Under the pieces are notes generated by a model that made no database searches, was not told the DNA's origin, and was given only the letters and a program-made list of their open reading frames with translations. From contig CBFIFL010000001.1 in NCBI GenBank assembly GCA_965661855.1, positions 20,182 to 84,181 on the forward strand: DNA of 64,000 nt, read 5' to 3'. The position numbers were made by a program, and so were the translations under genes. The DNA is from Flavobacteriales bacterium (GTDB lineage: Bacteria; Bacteroidota; Bacteroidia; Flavobacteriales_C; CBFIFL01). This document shows, piece after piece, positions 47,805-57,921 of the stretch (positions are counted from its first letter, which is position 1; each line of letters opens with the position of its first letter).

Positions 47805-49592
47805 TTAGCTATTTTCTTTTATCCAATTATCTATGCTTTTTTCGAATACGTTTAATGGAACAGGTCCGCTTAACAAGAAGATATCATGGAATTTTTTAAT
47901 ATCGAATTTATCACCCATAGCTTGTTTTGCTTTTTCTCTAATCTCCAGAATTTTAATCATTCCAACTTTGTATGCTGTTGCTTGGCCTGGCATAACGATA
48001 TATCTTTCAATCGCTTTTTTACAGGAGTTATATGAGTTTGGGGTATTGTCTTGCAGGTATTGAATAGCTTCTTCTCGGGTCCATTTTTTTGCATGTATAC
48101 CAGCATCAACTACTAATCTACAAGCTCTCCATAATTCCATAGCTAAACGGCCAAAATCAGAATAAGGATTTTTATAGAATCCATATTCCTTTGGTAAGAA
48201 TTCACAATAAAGTCCCCAACCTTCCACATATGCCGTATAATCCAAATGTTTTCTGAATTCTGGAATTCCAGTCATTTCTTGAGCGATTGAAATCTGCATG
48301 TGATGTCCTGGTAAACCTTCATGATAAGCCAGTGCTTCCATTTCGTATGTAGGCATGTCTTTCATTTCATAAAGATTAGCATAGAAATATCCAGGTCTTG
48401 AACCATCAATTGATCCATTGTCATAAAATGCTTTTCCTGCAGACTTTTCTCTATAAGCTTCAACTGCTTTAACAACTAAAGGAGCTTTAGGTTTTGTTAA
48501 GAATAGTTCATCTAACTTTAGTCTCATTGAATCGATAATGGCAGTGTAACCATCGATCATTTTTTTCTTTCCTTCAGTACCATTTTCATAATAGAACTGA
48601 TCGTCATTTTTCATGAATTGGAAAAAAGACTTCAAATCACCTTTGAATCTTACTTTATTCATGATGTCCTTCATTTCTCCATGAATACGAGCAACTTCGT
48701 CTAAACCGGTTTGATGAATTTTTTCAGCTGACCAGTCTGTAGTTGTAATGAATTTTAACCTGTAGTCATAGTATTCTTTTCCGTTGGGAAATTTCCAAAC
48801 ACCGTCATCTTTACTTGCTGTTTTTTTATGCTCGATCAAGTAATCCTTTAATTTTTTATAAGAAGGAACTAATACCGTTGAAATACTACTTTTTAAATCG
48901 TCTAAAAGTGCTGTTTGAATAGATTCGTCAAACGACAATTTTTCGATTTTTGACAAGAAGTCTTTATATAGAATATGGTCTTCACTTGTACCATTTCCCA
49001 TAATGTTATCACAATCATTGATCATGTAGTCATAGGAAAACAAAGGAACAGAGATGCCATTGTTACTTCGGATATCTAATTTCTCCAATAACTGTTCAAA
49101 GTATACTTCAATACCATTAATTCTAGAGATATATGCTTTGGCATCTGAAAGGCTATCAATTTTATGATTGTTAATCATGAATGAAGGGAGTTCACTCTGA
49201 GCTCCGTGCATTTGATTAACAGGATAGTTATGCAGTCTGAATTTTTTGTTTTCTAATTGGAAGGCTAAATCTTCTCGTAATAATTGGTAAGATAGCTTGG
49301 TGTCTGAATTGAAACCTGTTGTATCAATAGATTTGATTTCGAGTAATCTATTTTCGATTTTATCGAAGTAGGCAAGGTTAGCTGAGTCTGAGATGTCGTT
49401 TAATTGATCGTAATTTTCCTTTCTTCCCAAACGTGTTAAAAACATTGGGTTTTCTAATAAATCTGCCTCGAAACAACTATCTGACCATTGTTTAAAGTCG
49501 AATGGTTGATTAGCAGTTTTATGTTGTTCAGGAGAATTACATGCTGCCATTAATGTAACAGCTGCTAAAAGAAAAAGACGAATACTATTCAT
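47805..49592 (-). CDS. DUF885 family lipoprotein (metallopeptidase-like HEGxPGHH motif)
   Basis: Lipobox (LMAACNS). Motif HEGLPGHH. Length 595 aa, typical of DUF885. Confidence 0.7.
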   Translation of the reverse strand: MNSIRLFLLAAVTLMAACNSPEQHKTANQPFDFKQWSDSCFEADLLENPMFLTRLGRKENYDQLNDISDSANLAYFDKIENRLLEIKSIDTTGFNSDTKLSYQLLREDLAFQLENKKFRLHNYPVNQMHGAQSELPSFMINNHKIDSLSDAKAYISRINGIEVYFEQLLEKLDIRSNNGISVPLFSYDYMINDCDNIMGNGTSEDHILYKDFLSKIEKLSFDESIQTALLDDLKSSISTVLVPSYKKLKDYLIEHKKTASKDDGVWKFPNGKEYYDYRLKFITTTDWSAEKIHQTGLDEVARIHGEMKDIMNKVRFKGDLKSFFQFMKNDDQFYYENGTEGKKKMIDGYTAIIDSMRLKLDELFLTKPKAPLVVKAVEAYREKSAGKAFYDNGSIDGSRPGYFYANLYEMKDMPTYEMEALAYHEGLPGHHMQISIAQEMTGIPEFRKHLDYTAYVEGWGLYCEFLPKEYGFYKNPYSDFGRLAMELWRACRLVVDAGIHAKKWTREEAIQYLQDNTPNSYNSCKKAIERYIVMPGQATAYKVGMIKILEIREKAKQAMGDKFDIKKFHDIFLLSGPVPLNVFEKSIDNWIKENS

Positions 49593-49652
49593 AGCTAAAT
49601 TTTTTCGCTAAAATAGGTATTCGTCTTCTTAGAATTGGATTAATAATAATCG

Positions 49653-50609
49653 CTAATACTGAATCAATTGCAGATAAATAGGCATGCCAATGGTAATGTT
49701 GAATGGGAAAGTTACAGCAAGAGCCATGGGAAGGTAGAGACTTGGGTTTGCCTTGGGTGCAGCTATTCTCATTGCAGCAGGAACAGCTATGTATGATGCA
49801 CTAGCGGCTAGGATTGCAAATAAAAATCGGTTTCCTACATTATCAGTAACAAGTCCACTAGCTAGTGCAGTTAATGAACCATTTACAATTGGAATTACAA
49901 TAGCGAATAAAACAGCAAACCAACCTTTTTTCAAAAAGGATTTAAGTTTTTGACCACTTGAAATCCCCATATCTAATAAGAATACTGCTAGAAATCCTTT
50001 GAAAATATCCGTAGTAAAAGGTTTGATTCCTGCAGCTTGCTTTTCACTAGCTAAAAAACCAATAACTAAGGATCCAACAATTAAAAGAACACTACCATTC
50101 GTTAATGATTCTTTTATTGTCTTAATCATTTTGTTTTCATTCTTTTCTTTGTCAAAGAATGAAATAAGAAGAAGTCCTACCGCAATAGCTGGCACCTCCA
50201 TTATTGCCATTACTGCTATCATATGCCCATTAAATGCGATGCCCTCCATTTCTAGAAAGGATATAGCTGTTACAAAGGTAACAGCACTTACAGATCCGTA
50301 AGAAGCTGCAATAGCAGCGGAATTAGCAGTTGTGAACTTACGCCTTAATATGAAATATGCATATAAAGGAATTACAGATGCTAATAAAGCACCAAATAAC
50401 ATGGAATAAATAACCTCGTTGTCAATAGGGCTATGAGAAAGTTCCTGTCCACCTTTAAATCCAATAGAAAATATTAGGTAGATTGAGATAAACTTTGAAG
50501 ACCCTTCAGGAATCTTAAGATCACTTTTTAGTTGAACGGCTAAGATTCCAAGAAAGAAAAATAAGAGTGCTGGATTGGTTAGGTTGTCGATTAGTAATTG
50601 TAAGTCCAT
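49653..50609 (-). CDS. SbtA-like (DUF897 / sodium-dependent bicarbonate transporter family) permease
   Basis: 318-aa polytopic membrane protein with two similar halves. N-terminal region resembles the Sbt_1 family. Confidence 0.5.
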   Translation of the reverse strand: MDLQLLIDNLTNPALLFFFLGILAVQLKSDLKIPEGSSKFISIYLIFSIGFKGGQELSHSPIDNEVIYSMLFGALLASVIPLYAYFILRRKFTTANSAAIAASYGSVSAVTFVTAISFLEMEGIAFNGHMIAVMAIMEVPAIAVGLLLISFFDKEKNENKMIKTIKESLTNGSVLLIVGSLVIGFLASEKQAAGIKPFTTDIFKGFLAVFLLDMGISSGQKLKSFLKKGWFAVLFAIVIPIVNGSLTALASGLVTDNVGNRFLFAILAASASYIAVPAAMRIAAPKANPSLYLPMALAVTFPFNITIGMPIYLQLIQY

Positions 50610-50616
50610 AGATGAC

Positions 50617-50901
50617 TTATTTTAAAGTAATCTCAATTGAACTAGATGAAAGCTCTGATTCTTTGCTTTCAATTTCTTCAATAGTTTGCTTAAGTTCAGC
50701 TTCTAGTCCGTAAATAACCTTATCTAGTAGTCTTGCATTTTCTTCATCACCACCTACGCTCAATTGCCATTTCTTAAGTTTTTTACTTTGAATTTCCTTG
50801 TAAGCGATAGATCTAATAATGTTCTTCGCTTCTGAAAGATTAAAGTTGTCTTTGATTAAGTTTATTTCCCTTTTCATAATATCTTTTTTAGTAAAGATCA
50901 A
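50617..50901 (-). CDS. Hypothetical small helical protein (94 aa) immediately upstream of the SbtA-like gene
   Basis: ORF 7 bp upstream of the permease. Charged, coiled-coil-like. No motif. Confidence 0.35.
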   Translation of the reverse strand: MIFTKKDIMKREINLIKDNFNLSEAKNIIRSIAYKEIQSKKLKKWQLSVGGDEENARLLDKVIYGLEAELKQTIEEIESKESELSSSSIEITLK

Positions 50902-51049
50902 GAGAACTATTAATAAGTAAAAATATATATGAATTCTTATAAGTATAACGTTAGGTTATGAGTTATTAATTTTCTTGTATATCAAGGGATATAAGTCTTT
51001 GTTCACTAGAGATTAGTTTGTATTAATTCTTTTTTTGAAAAGGATAACG

Positions 51050-53518
51050 TTAGTTTATCCATTTGTTGGTTAAGAAGTTGTACCAATCAATTCCTACTTT
51101 AAAGAAGTTACGGTGTTGGAATTGTTGATTGACTACTTCATGATAGGATAAAGAGATACGATAACGCTGTTTAGCAACAGAATAACTTTTTTCTAAACCA
51201 AAGTAAATTTCGGTATGATGATTAATCTCTTGGTCGACCCATAAATAGTTGAGGCCTCCAAACGTACTTATTTTAAGCTTTTTAAATATTGGAATATTGT
51301 TCAGGAAATAGCCATTTAGATGATGAATTAAGTGACCTTCCATGTAGGTAGATTGACTTTGGAATCCTGATCGGTCAATTAATTGAAAAGTATTTATAGC
51401 ATTGGAGAATAACCAGTCATCACCTCCTCTAAAGAATTTTAGGTTGTTCAGTTGAACTCCGTTTTTGTTGAAAAAGTGACCGGTTTCCAAGGAGTAATTG
51501 GTGTTTCCGATTTTTCTCCAGTTTTGACTGTGACTGACTTGGATTTCAGAATATAGAAATGAAGAAGTAAAATCTTGGTAAGGAATGCTTTTTCTCAAAA
51601 GGATTCTAAGTTCAGGATATTGACTTCCGACTATTACCTTTCTGTTTCCTTCCAAATAGTATTTTTGAGCGAATCGTATGATCCATTGATTTTTGAGATT
51701 AAGTTGTTGATATTCTTTAAAATCATTGGCTTGATTATCTGGGAATATATTGTCTCTCCATTCTCCTGCACCAGTTCCTGATAGGGGTTTTACATTTTGA
51801 TATTCTCCTTCGATTTCCCAATAGAATCCATTAAATAATTCTAGTTCATGTCCCAGGGATAAGTGCTGACGATCGATAAAATTGGAACCACTTAAAACGG
51901 AACTAAAGCTTTGATTAAAGGATAAGTAGTCAAAATTGTCTCCTATGCTTAGGTTTATTTTTCCAAAGTTCTTCGGAGAGTAGGTGTAGGAAGTTTTGAT
52001 CTTCCCTTTCCAGTTTTTAAGTTTAAGTCCGTAAGAAGCATTAGCTGATAGCTTCAGACTATTCGCTTTAGTATAGGATTTTTCAAAATGTCCACCTGAG
52101 TTTATTCGGACACCTCCAAAGCTTATAAGTTGAATAGTTTTTAACACAGGCTTTAAGTAGAATTCTTTCTGTTTTGTCTCGTTTCGCCAAGTTAATCCTT
52201 GTAAAAATAGATTGTGAAATGAGGGTTTTCTTAAAGTAGCGTTTAAGCTGTCGATATACCGATTAGATTTTTGATAGGTTAATTTATTACTTTGCTCTAA
52301 CACAAATGTTTGTTCTGTTTCATTTAGTTTTTGTGGACGAATGGAATCCCACTGTGCTATGCTTATTTTGTTTTGTTGGTTGATGAAGATTAAGTTCTTG
52401 CTAGTTGGAATAGAGTCAGTCGGATTATATTCAAATCCCGTATACCTTATTATAGTACTTCCTGTTTTTTCTCCGTCTAAATCATTAAATCCGTATTGAT
52501 AATCAATAGAAGAAGTAGCAATGTTACGGTTTGACTTTTCATACTCATACTGAATGAGGAATCTTTTGAAATAACTAATGTCTACCGGGCTAGCCTCCAA
52601 AGCCACTTTTAAGATGAAATGCTGACTATTGTTGATGTATACTTTACCAGAGAAACAACGGTTTTTGCCTTTTTCACCTTGGACTTGTATAATGGCTATT
52701 TCGTCGTTGTTCTCATTGTAATAGGATTCTAAGTATTTGTAGTTATAGTACTTGTTTCCATTTTTGCTGAAAGGGGACACGAATGCATTATTGTTCAATC
52801 TGGTAAGTTGTATAAAATCTTTATGCCAGTTAATTTGAGATTCAGGATGATTTTTAAAGTAGATATCTGGATTTAGGTTAGCGTAACTGGCTAGTTGGTA
52901 ACTAGAAGGAGCGTTTAAACTTGGGAGGTTACGACGATTTTCCTTTGCAGAAAAGTCGTTCTTGGAAATAATGTTCTCGAAAAAATGACTTTTACTTTTT
53001 GTTAGTTCTCCAATGCTTTCATGAAAGTTCACAGCTTGCTTTGCTCTAGAATAATAAGCAGGCTCTTCAATTGTTGATTTTACATAGGTTTTACAAGTGT
53101 AGTTCGGGTCGTAATTAAAGGAGTCTCGATAAAGGCTAATCTTACTCATCATTTCATAAGCCGGATCCTCTTGATCCGTATTTATCTCTACTTGATTTAA
53201 ATTATAGGCCTCTTTCTCAAGAGTAATGTTAAAATGAAGATCCTTTGATAGCGTGAGTCTTAAAGTGTCGTTTTTATAACCAGTGTACGAAGTAATTAAG
53301 GTGTGTTTACCAGGTTCCAATTCCATTTGAAATCGACCTCTGGAATCACAGAATACACCATTACTAGAATGGAGGATGCTTAGTGATGCAAAGGGAAGTT
53401 TTTCAGTATTTGATGAAACAGTACCTGTAATTTGGAAAGCAAAGCATCGTAAAGAAAATAAGAGTAATAAAAGGCTTAATCTCATTGCTTTGCTTGCAGC
53501 TTCTGATACTCTGCCCAT
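51050..53518 (-). CDS. DUF5686 plus carboxypeptidase-regulatory-like domain protein (putative outer-membrane protein)
   Basis: Signal peptide. N-terminal CarbopepD_reg-like beta-sandwich (ITGTVSS...GKHTLITSYTGYK). About 820 aa, typical of this Bacteroidota family. Confidence 0.65.
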   Translation of the reverse strand: MGRVSEAASKAMRLSLLLLLFSLRCFAFQITGTVSSNTEKLPFASLSILHSSNGVFCDSRGRFQMELEPGKHTLITSYTGYKNDTLRLTLSKDLHFNITLEKEAYNLNQVEINTDQEDPAYEMMSKISLYRDSFNYDPNYTCKTYVKSTIEEPAYYSRAKQAVNFHESIGELTKSKSHFFENIISKNDFSAKENRRNLPSLNAPSSYQLASYANLNPDIYFKNHPESQINWHKDFIQLTRLNNNAFVSPFSKNGNKYYNYKYLESYYNENNDEIAIIQVQGEKGKNRCFSGKVYINNSQHFILKVALEASPVDISYFKRFLIQYEYEKSNRNIATSSIDYQYGFNDLDGEKTGSTIIRYTGFEYNPTDSIPTSKNLIFINQQNKISIAQWDSIRPQKLNETEQTFVLEQSNKLTYQKSNRYIDSLNATLRKPSFHNLFLQGLTWRNETKQKEFYLKPVLKTIQLISFGGVRINSGGHFEKSYTKANSLKLSANASYGLKLKNWKGKIKTSYTYSPKNFGKINLSIGDNFDYLSFNQSFSSVLSGSNFIDRQHLSLGHELELFNGFYWEIEGEYQNVKPLSGTGAGEWRDNIFPDNQANDFKEYQQLNLKNQWIIRFAQKYYLEGNRKVIVGSQYPELRILLRKSIPYQDFTSSFLYSEIQVSHSQNWRKIGNTNYSLETGHFFNKNGVQLNNLKFFRGGDDWLFSNAINTFQLIDRSGFQSQSTYMEGHLIHHLNGYFLNNIPIFKKLKISTFGGLNYLWVDQEINHHTEIYFGLEKSYSVAKQRYRISLSYHEVVNQQFQHRNFFKVGIDWYNFLTNKWIN

Positions 53519-54540
53519 TGCATTGTTTTGTAGCTGTCGCTACCAAAATAAGTAAGCATTGGTTTAAGTTGCTTTGGTGTAAATAGATACTGAGTTTTGT
53601 TAATCATTTTGTTTTTCTCATCTAACCAAACCAGAGCAGGGAAGTCCATTTTACCCTGAAGCATAGCGCTAACCAGAGGGTGGTAGGTTGGACGACTAAC
53701 ATTATTCGTCCAAGACTGACCAAAAATAGTCAGGCTATCCTTTGAGATAGCATTCATTTTAACACAGTAATAAGTATCGTTAATGTAGTTTCCATTTAAA
53801 GAATCGCTTAATGAGAATTCCATCATTTTATCCGTTACCATCCAATCAGCATGATAGTAGATAAGCCATTTTTTAGGTGATTTTTGATGTAGTTTTTCAG
53901 CTTCTTGAAAACTAAGCCAGTTTATAGGAATCTGGTTCTTAGGTTTTGGTCTATTGTAAGTGTTTTGAAACTCCTCATTGAATTGATCAAAAGGCATTGT
54001 TTTAATGGCTTTTTGTCCAACCCATACCAGTAATGGTTGAAAGTCTTGTGGGGATTTATATCCTGGAGCTGGAAAGTAGTTGTTGTCTTCATGAATATAG
54101 ACCGTAGTTGGGTATGAAAGCTTTCCATTCATTAAAACCGGCGCAATTGAATGAGTAGGTTTTCTTGGCTTTCTAGCTTGAATTCCTGCTGCTTGTTGCT
54201 GTTCAAAAGCGTTTAAGCTAGCTAAGTATTGTGGGTATCTGTCATTTGTGTATGTTTTTCCTTTCCAAACAATGGTATCGTTTCCTTCAGCATCAAACTG
54301 AACAGGGTAGAAGAACTGATTTAGCAGAGAGGCAATTTCTGGATGATGGAATGTGGTAGCATCCATCTTTTTACACCAACCGCACCAGTCTGTGTAAAAA
54401 TCTATCATAATCGGGCGATAGTTTTTTTGTTGAGCATCTAAGGCTTCTTGAAGACTCATCCATTTTACATCAGATTGTGAATAGGACAGGCTTCCAATTA
54501 GTAGTAAAAAGAAGAAAATTATTTTTTTGATTAACAGCAT
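53482..54540 (-). CDS. Thioredoxin-fold protein (DUF255-like), secreted
   Basis: Signal peptide. CxxC motif DWCGWCKKMD. Confidence 0.6.
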   Translation of the reverse strand: MLLIKKIIFFFLLLIGSLSYSQSDVKWMSLQEALDAQQKNYRPIMIDFYTDWCGWCKKMDATTFHHPEIASLLNQFFYPVQFDAEGNDTIVWKGKTYTNDRYPQYLASLNAFEQQQAAGIQARKPRKPTHSIAPVLMNGKLSYPTTVYIHEDNNYFPAPGYKSPQDFQPLLVWVGQKAIKTMPFDQFNEEFQNTYNRPKPKNQIPINWLSFQEAEKLHQKSPKKWLIYYHADWMVTDKMMEFSLSDSLNGNYINDTYYCVKMNAISKDSLTIFGQSWTNNVSRPTYHPLVSAMLQGKMDFPALVWLDEKNKMINKTQYLFTPKQLKPMLTYFGSDSYKTMQWAEYQKLQAKQ

Positions 54541-54814
54541 AACATTCCAATTGTGGATTTAAAGATAAGCTGACACAATCAAAAATCAAACCGTTGATAG
54601 AATGAGGCCGGGAAAAAGGTAAATAAGGTAACTAATGTGGTAATTGAGTAATGAGATTCCCGACCCATTCCTTACAACAACATCAACCAAAACATCTTTA
54701 AAGCTGATAATACAATGTTAGACTTCTAAAACGTAAGGTATTTACGGACTAAGAAGATTGTTTTAACGCCGATCCTTTGTTACATTTATAATACAATTAA
54801 GCCATTGACGGTAA

Positions 54815-55501
54815 ATGTCTGAAGAAAATAAATCAATATTTACAGCTGAAGAAATAGCTGAACTTAATAAAAAGCATAAAGGACTTACTCCTATAGAGCG
54901 TATTAAATTGCTTTACGAGGATTTTGGTACGGATGAAATTATGTTGACATCTTCGTTTGCAGCAACATCTGCTTTCTTATTGAAATTGTTTACTGAGGTA
55001 AAACAAGAGCAAAAGGTGTTTTTTATTGATACTGGTTATCATTTTGAAGAAACTTTAATATATAAAGATTACTTATCTAAGCTTTATAATTTGAATGTCG
55101 TGGAAGTTCGAGCTGAGGATTGGAAACACGAATTCACTCAGAAAGATAGAACTTGGGAAAAAGATCCTGACTACTGTTGTCAAATTAACAAAGTAGAACC
55201 ACTGGAGTCTATAAAGAAGGATTTTAAAGTTTGGGTTTCTGGATTAATGAAATGGCAATCTGATCATAGGTCGTCTTTAGACGTTTTTGAAGAGCGAAAT
55301 GGAATGTTGAAATTCTATCCTCTTTTAGATGTTACTAGGGAGGAAAGAGAGGAGTTTATCAAAGAGCACCACTTACCATTTCACCCATTAATATCTAAAG
55401 GTTATTATTCAATCGGTTGTTCTCATTGCACAAAGCCTGGTAAAGGTAGAGAGGGAAGATGGAACAATAGTCCTAAAACAGAGTGCGGATTACATTTATA
55501 A
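54815..55501 (+). CDS. cysH: Phosphoadenosine phosphosulfate / adenylyl-sulfate reductase (thioredoxin-dependent, Fe-S type)
   Basis: PAPS_reduct fold. Cys pairs CCxxxKVEPL and SIGCSHCT, typical of the Fe-S cluster-containing assimilatory APS reductases. Catalytic C-terminal ECGLH. Confidence 0.75.
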   Translation: MSEENKSIFTAEEIAELNKKHKGLTPIERIKLLYEDFGTDEIMLTSSFAATSAFLLKLFTEVKQEQKVFFIDTGYHFEETLIYKDYLSKLYNLNVVEVRAEDWKHEFTQKDRTWEKDPDYCCQINKVEPLESIKKDFKVWVSGLMKWQSDHRSSLDVFEERNGMLKFYPLLDVTREEREEFIKEHHLPFHPLISKGYYSIGCSHCTKPGKGREGRWNNSPKTECGLHL

Positions 55502-55511
55502 AGCAGGCTGA

Positions 55512-56405
55512 TTAGAATAGCTTAGCCATCATACTGTTTATGCCTTTGTTGGTGTATTCTTGAATCCTTTCATTTTCAACTACAACTAACGAGGAATACG
55601 TATTTATAATATTTAAATGGGAAGGATGAAGTAGGTCATGAGCGGATTGGCTAATAACCGTAAATCTTTCTCCGTTTGGATTACAAAGCTCGATTAAATT
55701 CGAGCAAATTTCTTTTGCGTGTAAAAGAGGTATCTCCATAAGGAATCGCTCTGAGGCTTTTAATGAATTCAACACCATTGATCTTTCAAAGCTGTTGTCG
55801 ATAGCGTCTGCGCAAAAGAATATTCCGTATGAGGTAATGTTTAAGATTTCATTGGTGTAATTGAAAATATCACCGTTGGCTTGATAAGCAATAAAACTGA
55901 CTGGTTGATAATTAAGTTTATAGCAAAGAGCTTCGAATAATTTAATGTTTGTGAACTTAGATTCACATGCATAAGCAATTTGAGTATCGTGATTAAAAAC
56001 GATACTATCAGTTCCTTCTAAAAAGTAATTCTGTTTTTCATATTCTCTAAGGTCTATTAATCTTCTTGTATCAAAATTGATACAAACCCATTCGATGATA
56101 AATTGTAAACGTTCATTTCTTCTGCTTTTATCTGAGATAGACATGATGATCAAACTTCCATCAGGGTGAAGATAAATCCAAGATGCAGGGAAGGATTCAA
56201 AAGGTGTTTGTAAAGAGCTAGTAGGGAAATCTTGATGAACTTTTATTTCATGAAACAGCAGTTGTTTAACCAGTGTTTCATACTCTTTTTTTATTGTGGA
56301 ATAAATATTACTTTCATTGCCACTGACAGCATTCGCTTGTTTTTCTATCGATAACTCAGGTATACAAGTTGGAGTTCTAAGTAAAACGTGAATTGGAGCT
56401 TGCAT
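55512..56405 (-). CDS. Hypothetical protein, possibly amidinotransferase/arginine deiminase-superfamily-like
   Basis: 297-aa ORF. Weak resemblance only. No secure motif. Confidence 0.35.
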   Translation of the reverse strand: MQAPIHVLLRTPTCIPELSIEKQANAVSGNESNIYSTIKKEYETLVKQLLFHEIKVHQDFPTSSLQTPFESFPASWIYLHPDGSLIIMSISDKSRRNERLQFIIEWVCINFDTRRLIDLREYEKQNYFLEGTDSIVFNHDTQIAYACESKFTNIKLFEALCYKLNYQPVSFIAYQANGDIFNYTNEILNITSYGIFFCADAIDNSFERSMVLNSLKASERFLMEIPLLHAKEICSNLIELCNPNGERFTVISQSAHDLLHPSHLNIINTYSSLVVVENERIQEYTNKGINSMMAKLF

Positions 56406-56452
56406 GCTGTAAGTTTTTATAAAGTTAAAGACATTTAAACGTAATTGAAACA

Positions 56453-57031
56453 GTGATTAAATATTGGAAAGTTATCATACTGTTATCTATACTTACTTCA
56501 TGTGAATCAGATAAGTATACAAATGACTTGATCGAGTACAGAGAGCAAAAGGATCGACAATTAATGGTGTTAGAGACATCACCAATACCGGCGTTTAAAC
56601 GTAGCTATTTTGAAGGGTTGAAGTATTTCGAAGTAAATAAGGAAGGTTTAGTTAAGGCTAGTTTTCAAGAATTTTCGAAAAAGGATACGATACTTTTTGA
56701 TATTGGTACGGGAGAAATGGAACAGTATATAAAGAAGGGGAAGTTGACTTTTAGTATCAACAATGTGAATTTATCATTAACTGCTTTTCAAGGGAATGGT
56801 TCAAATGTTAATAGAATATTTATACCATTTGCTGATTTAACTTCGGGTGTTAGCACATATGGGTCGGGGAGGTATTTGTATTCTGTTGTAAAGGACGGCA
56901 AAGCAGACTTAGATTTTAATTACGCCTCTAACCCGTATTGTGCTTATAATGAAGAGTATGTGTGTTTTCCTGCTCCAGATGAAAATATTTTAGATGTTAA
57001 GATTGAGATAGGAGAAAAGCTTTATCACTAA
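56453..57031 (+). CDS. DUF1684 domain protein
   Basis: Size and C-terminal pattern (YCAYNEEYVCFPAPDEN) typical of DUF1684. Confidence 0.55.
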   Translation: MIKYWKVIILLSILTSCESDKYTNDLIEYREQKDRQLMVLETSPIPAFKRSYFEGLKYFEVNKEGLVKASFQEFSKKDTILFDIGTGEMEQYIKKGKLTFSINNVNLSLTAFQGNGSNVNRIFIPFADLTSGVSTYGSGRYLYSVVKDGKADLDFNYASNPYCAYNEEYVCFPAPDENILDVKIEIGEKLYH

Positions 57032-57052
57032 CTTGCGAAAAAATAAATAAGA

Positions 57053-57394
57053 ATGTCTAAAGATTGGAAAGATAGATTAGGGGTTGTTTTCTCAACGAGT
57101 GATAACTACGATTTTGACTATGATGATCAAGAGGAAGAAGATACATTAGATCCTAAGGATCAAAGGTTGTATGTCTTTGTAGATAGAAAACAAAGAAAGG
57201 GGAAGGCTGTTACTATTGTTGAAGGTTTTGTTGGTTTAGAGGATGATTTGAAAGAGTTGGGAAAGACTTTAAAGACAAAGTGTGGAACAGGAGGAAGTGT
57301 GAAAGAAGGAGAAATAATTATACAAGGAGATAATAAAAAGAAAGTTTACGATATCCTGATTGCAATGGGATATTCAGTTAAAATGAAAGGTTAA
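57053..57394 (+). CDS. yciH: SUI1/eIF1-family translation initiation factor (YciH-like)
   Basis: 113 aa with the SUI1 core (RKGKAVTIVEGF...KCGTGGSV...IQGD). Confidence 0.8.
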   Translation: MSKDWKDRLGVVFSTSDNYDFDYDDQEEEDTLDPKDQRLYVFVDRKQRKGKAVTIVEGFVGLEDDLKELGKTLKTKCGTGGSVKEGEIIIQGDNKKKVYDILIAMGYSVKMKG

Positions 57395-57403
57395 TTATAG
57401 ATT

Positions 57404-57838
57404 ATGAAAAAAGCAGAAATACACACGGAAAAAGGAGTAATGAAAGTTGAGTTTTATCACAACGATGCTCCAGGAACAGTAAAGAATTTTATAAACCTTG
57501 CTGAAAGTGGATACTATGATGGGTTGAACTTTCATAGAGTGATTCCAAACTTTGTGATTCAAGGTGGTTGTCCAGACGGAACAGGTGCTGGAGGTCCAGG
57601 ATATCAAATTGATTGTGAATTAGACGGAGATAATCAATTCCATGATAGAGGAGTATTATCAATGGCTCATGCAGGAAGAAATACAGGTGGGTCTCAGTTT
57701 TTTGTATGTCATTCTAGAGAAAATACAGCTCACTTAGATAGAAACCATACTTGTTTTGGTAAAGTTGTTGATGGAGTTGATGTAATTGACGATATCAGAG
57801 AAGGAGATAAAATTGTAAAGGTTGTAATTACTGAGTAA
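57404..57838 (+). CDS. Peptidyl-prolyl cis-trans isomerase, cyclophilin type
   Basis: Cyclophilin motifs (FHRVIPNFVIQGG, SMAHAGRNTGGSQFF). Confidence 0.85.
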   Translation: MKKAEIHTEKGVMKVEFYHNDAPGTVKNFINLAESGYYDGLNFHRVIPNFVIQGGCPDGTGAGGPGYQIDCELDGDNQFHDRGVLSMAHAGRNTGGSQFFVCHSRENTAHLDRNHTCFGKVVDGVDVIDDIREGDKIVKVVITE

Positions 57839-57921
57839 TACAAGCTAAACTTATTATAACGTAAAAGGACAGTACTTTAATGTGCTGTCCTTTTTTTATG
57901 GGCTAAGCACCTGTTGTCTAC

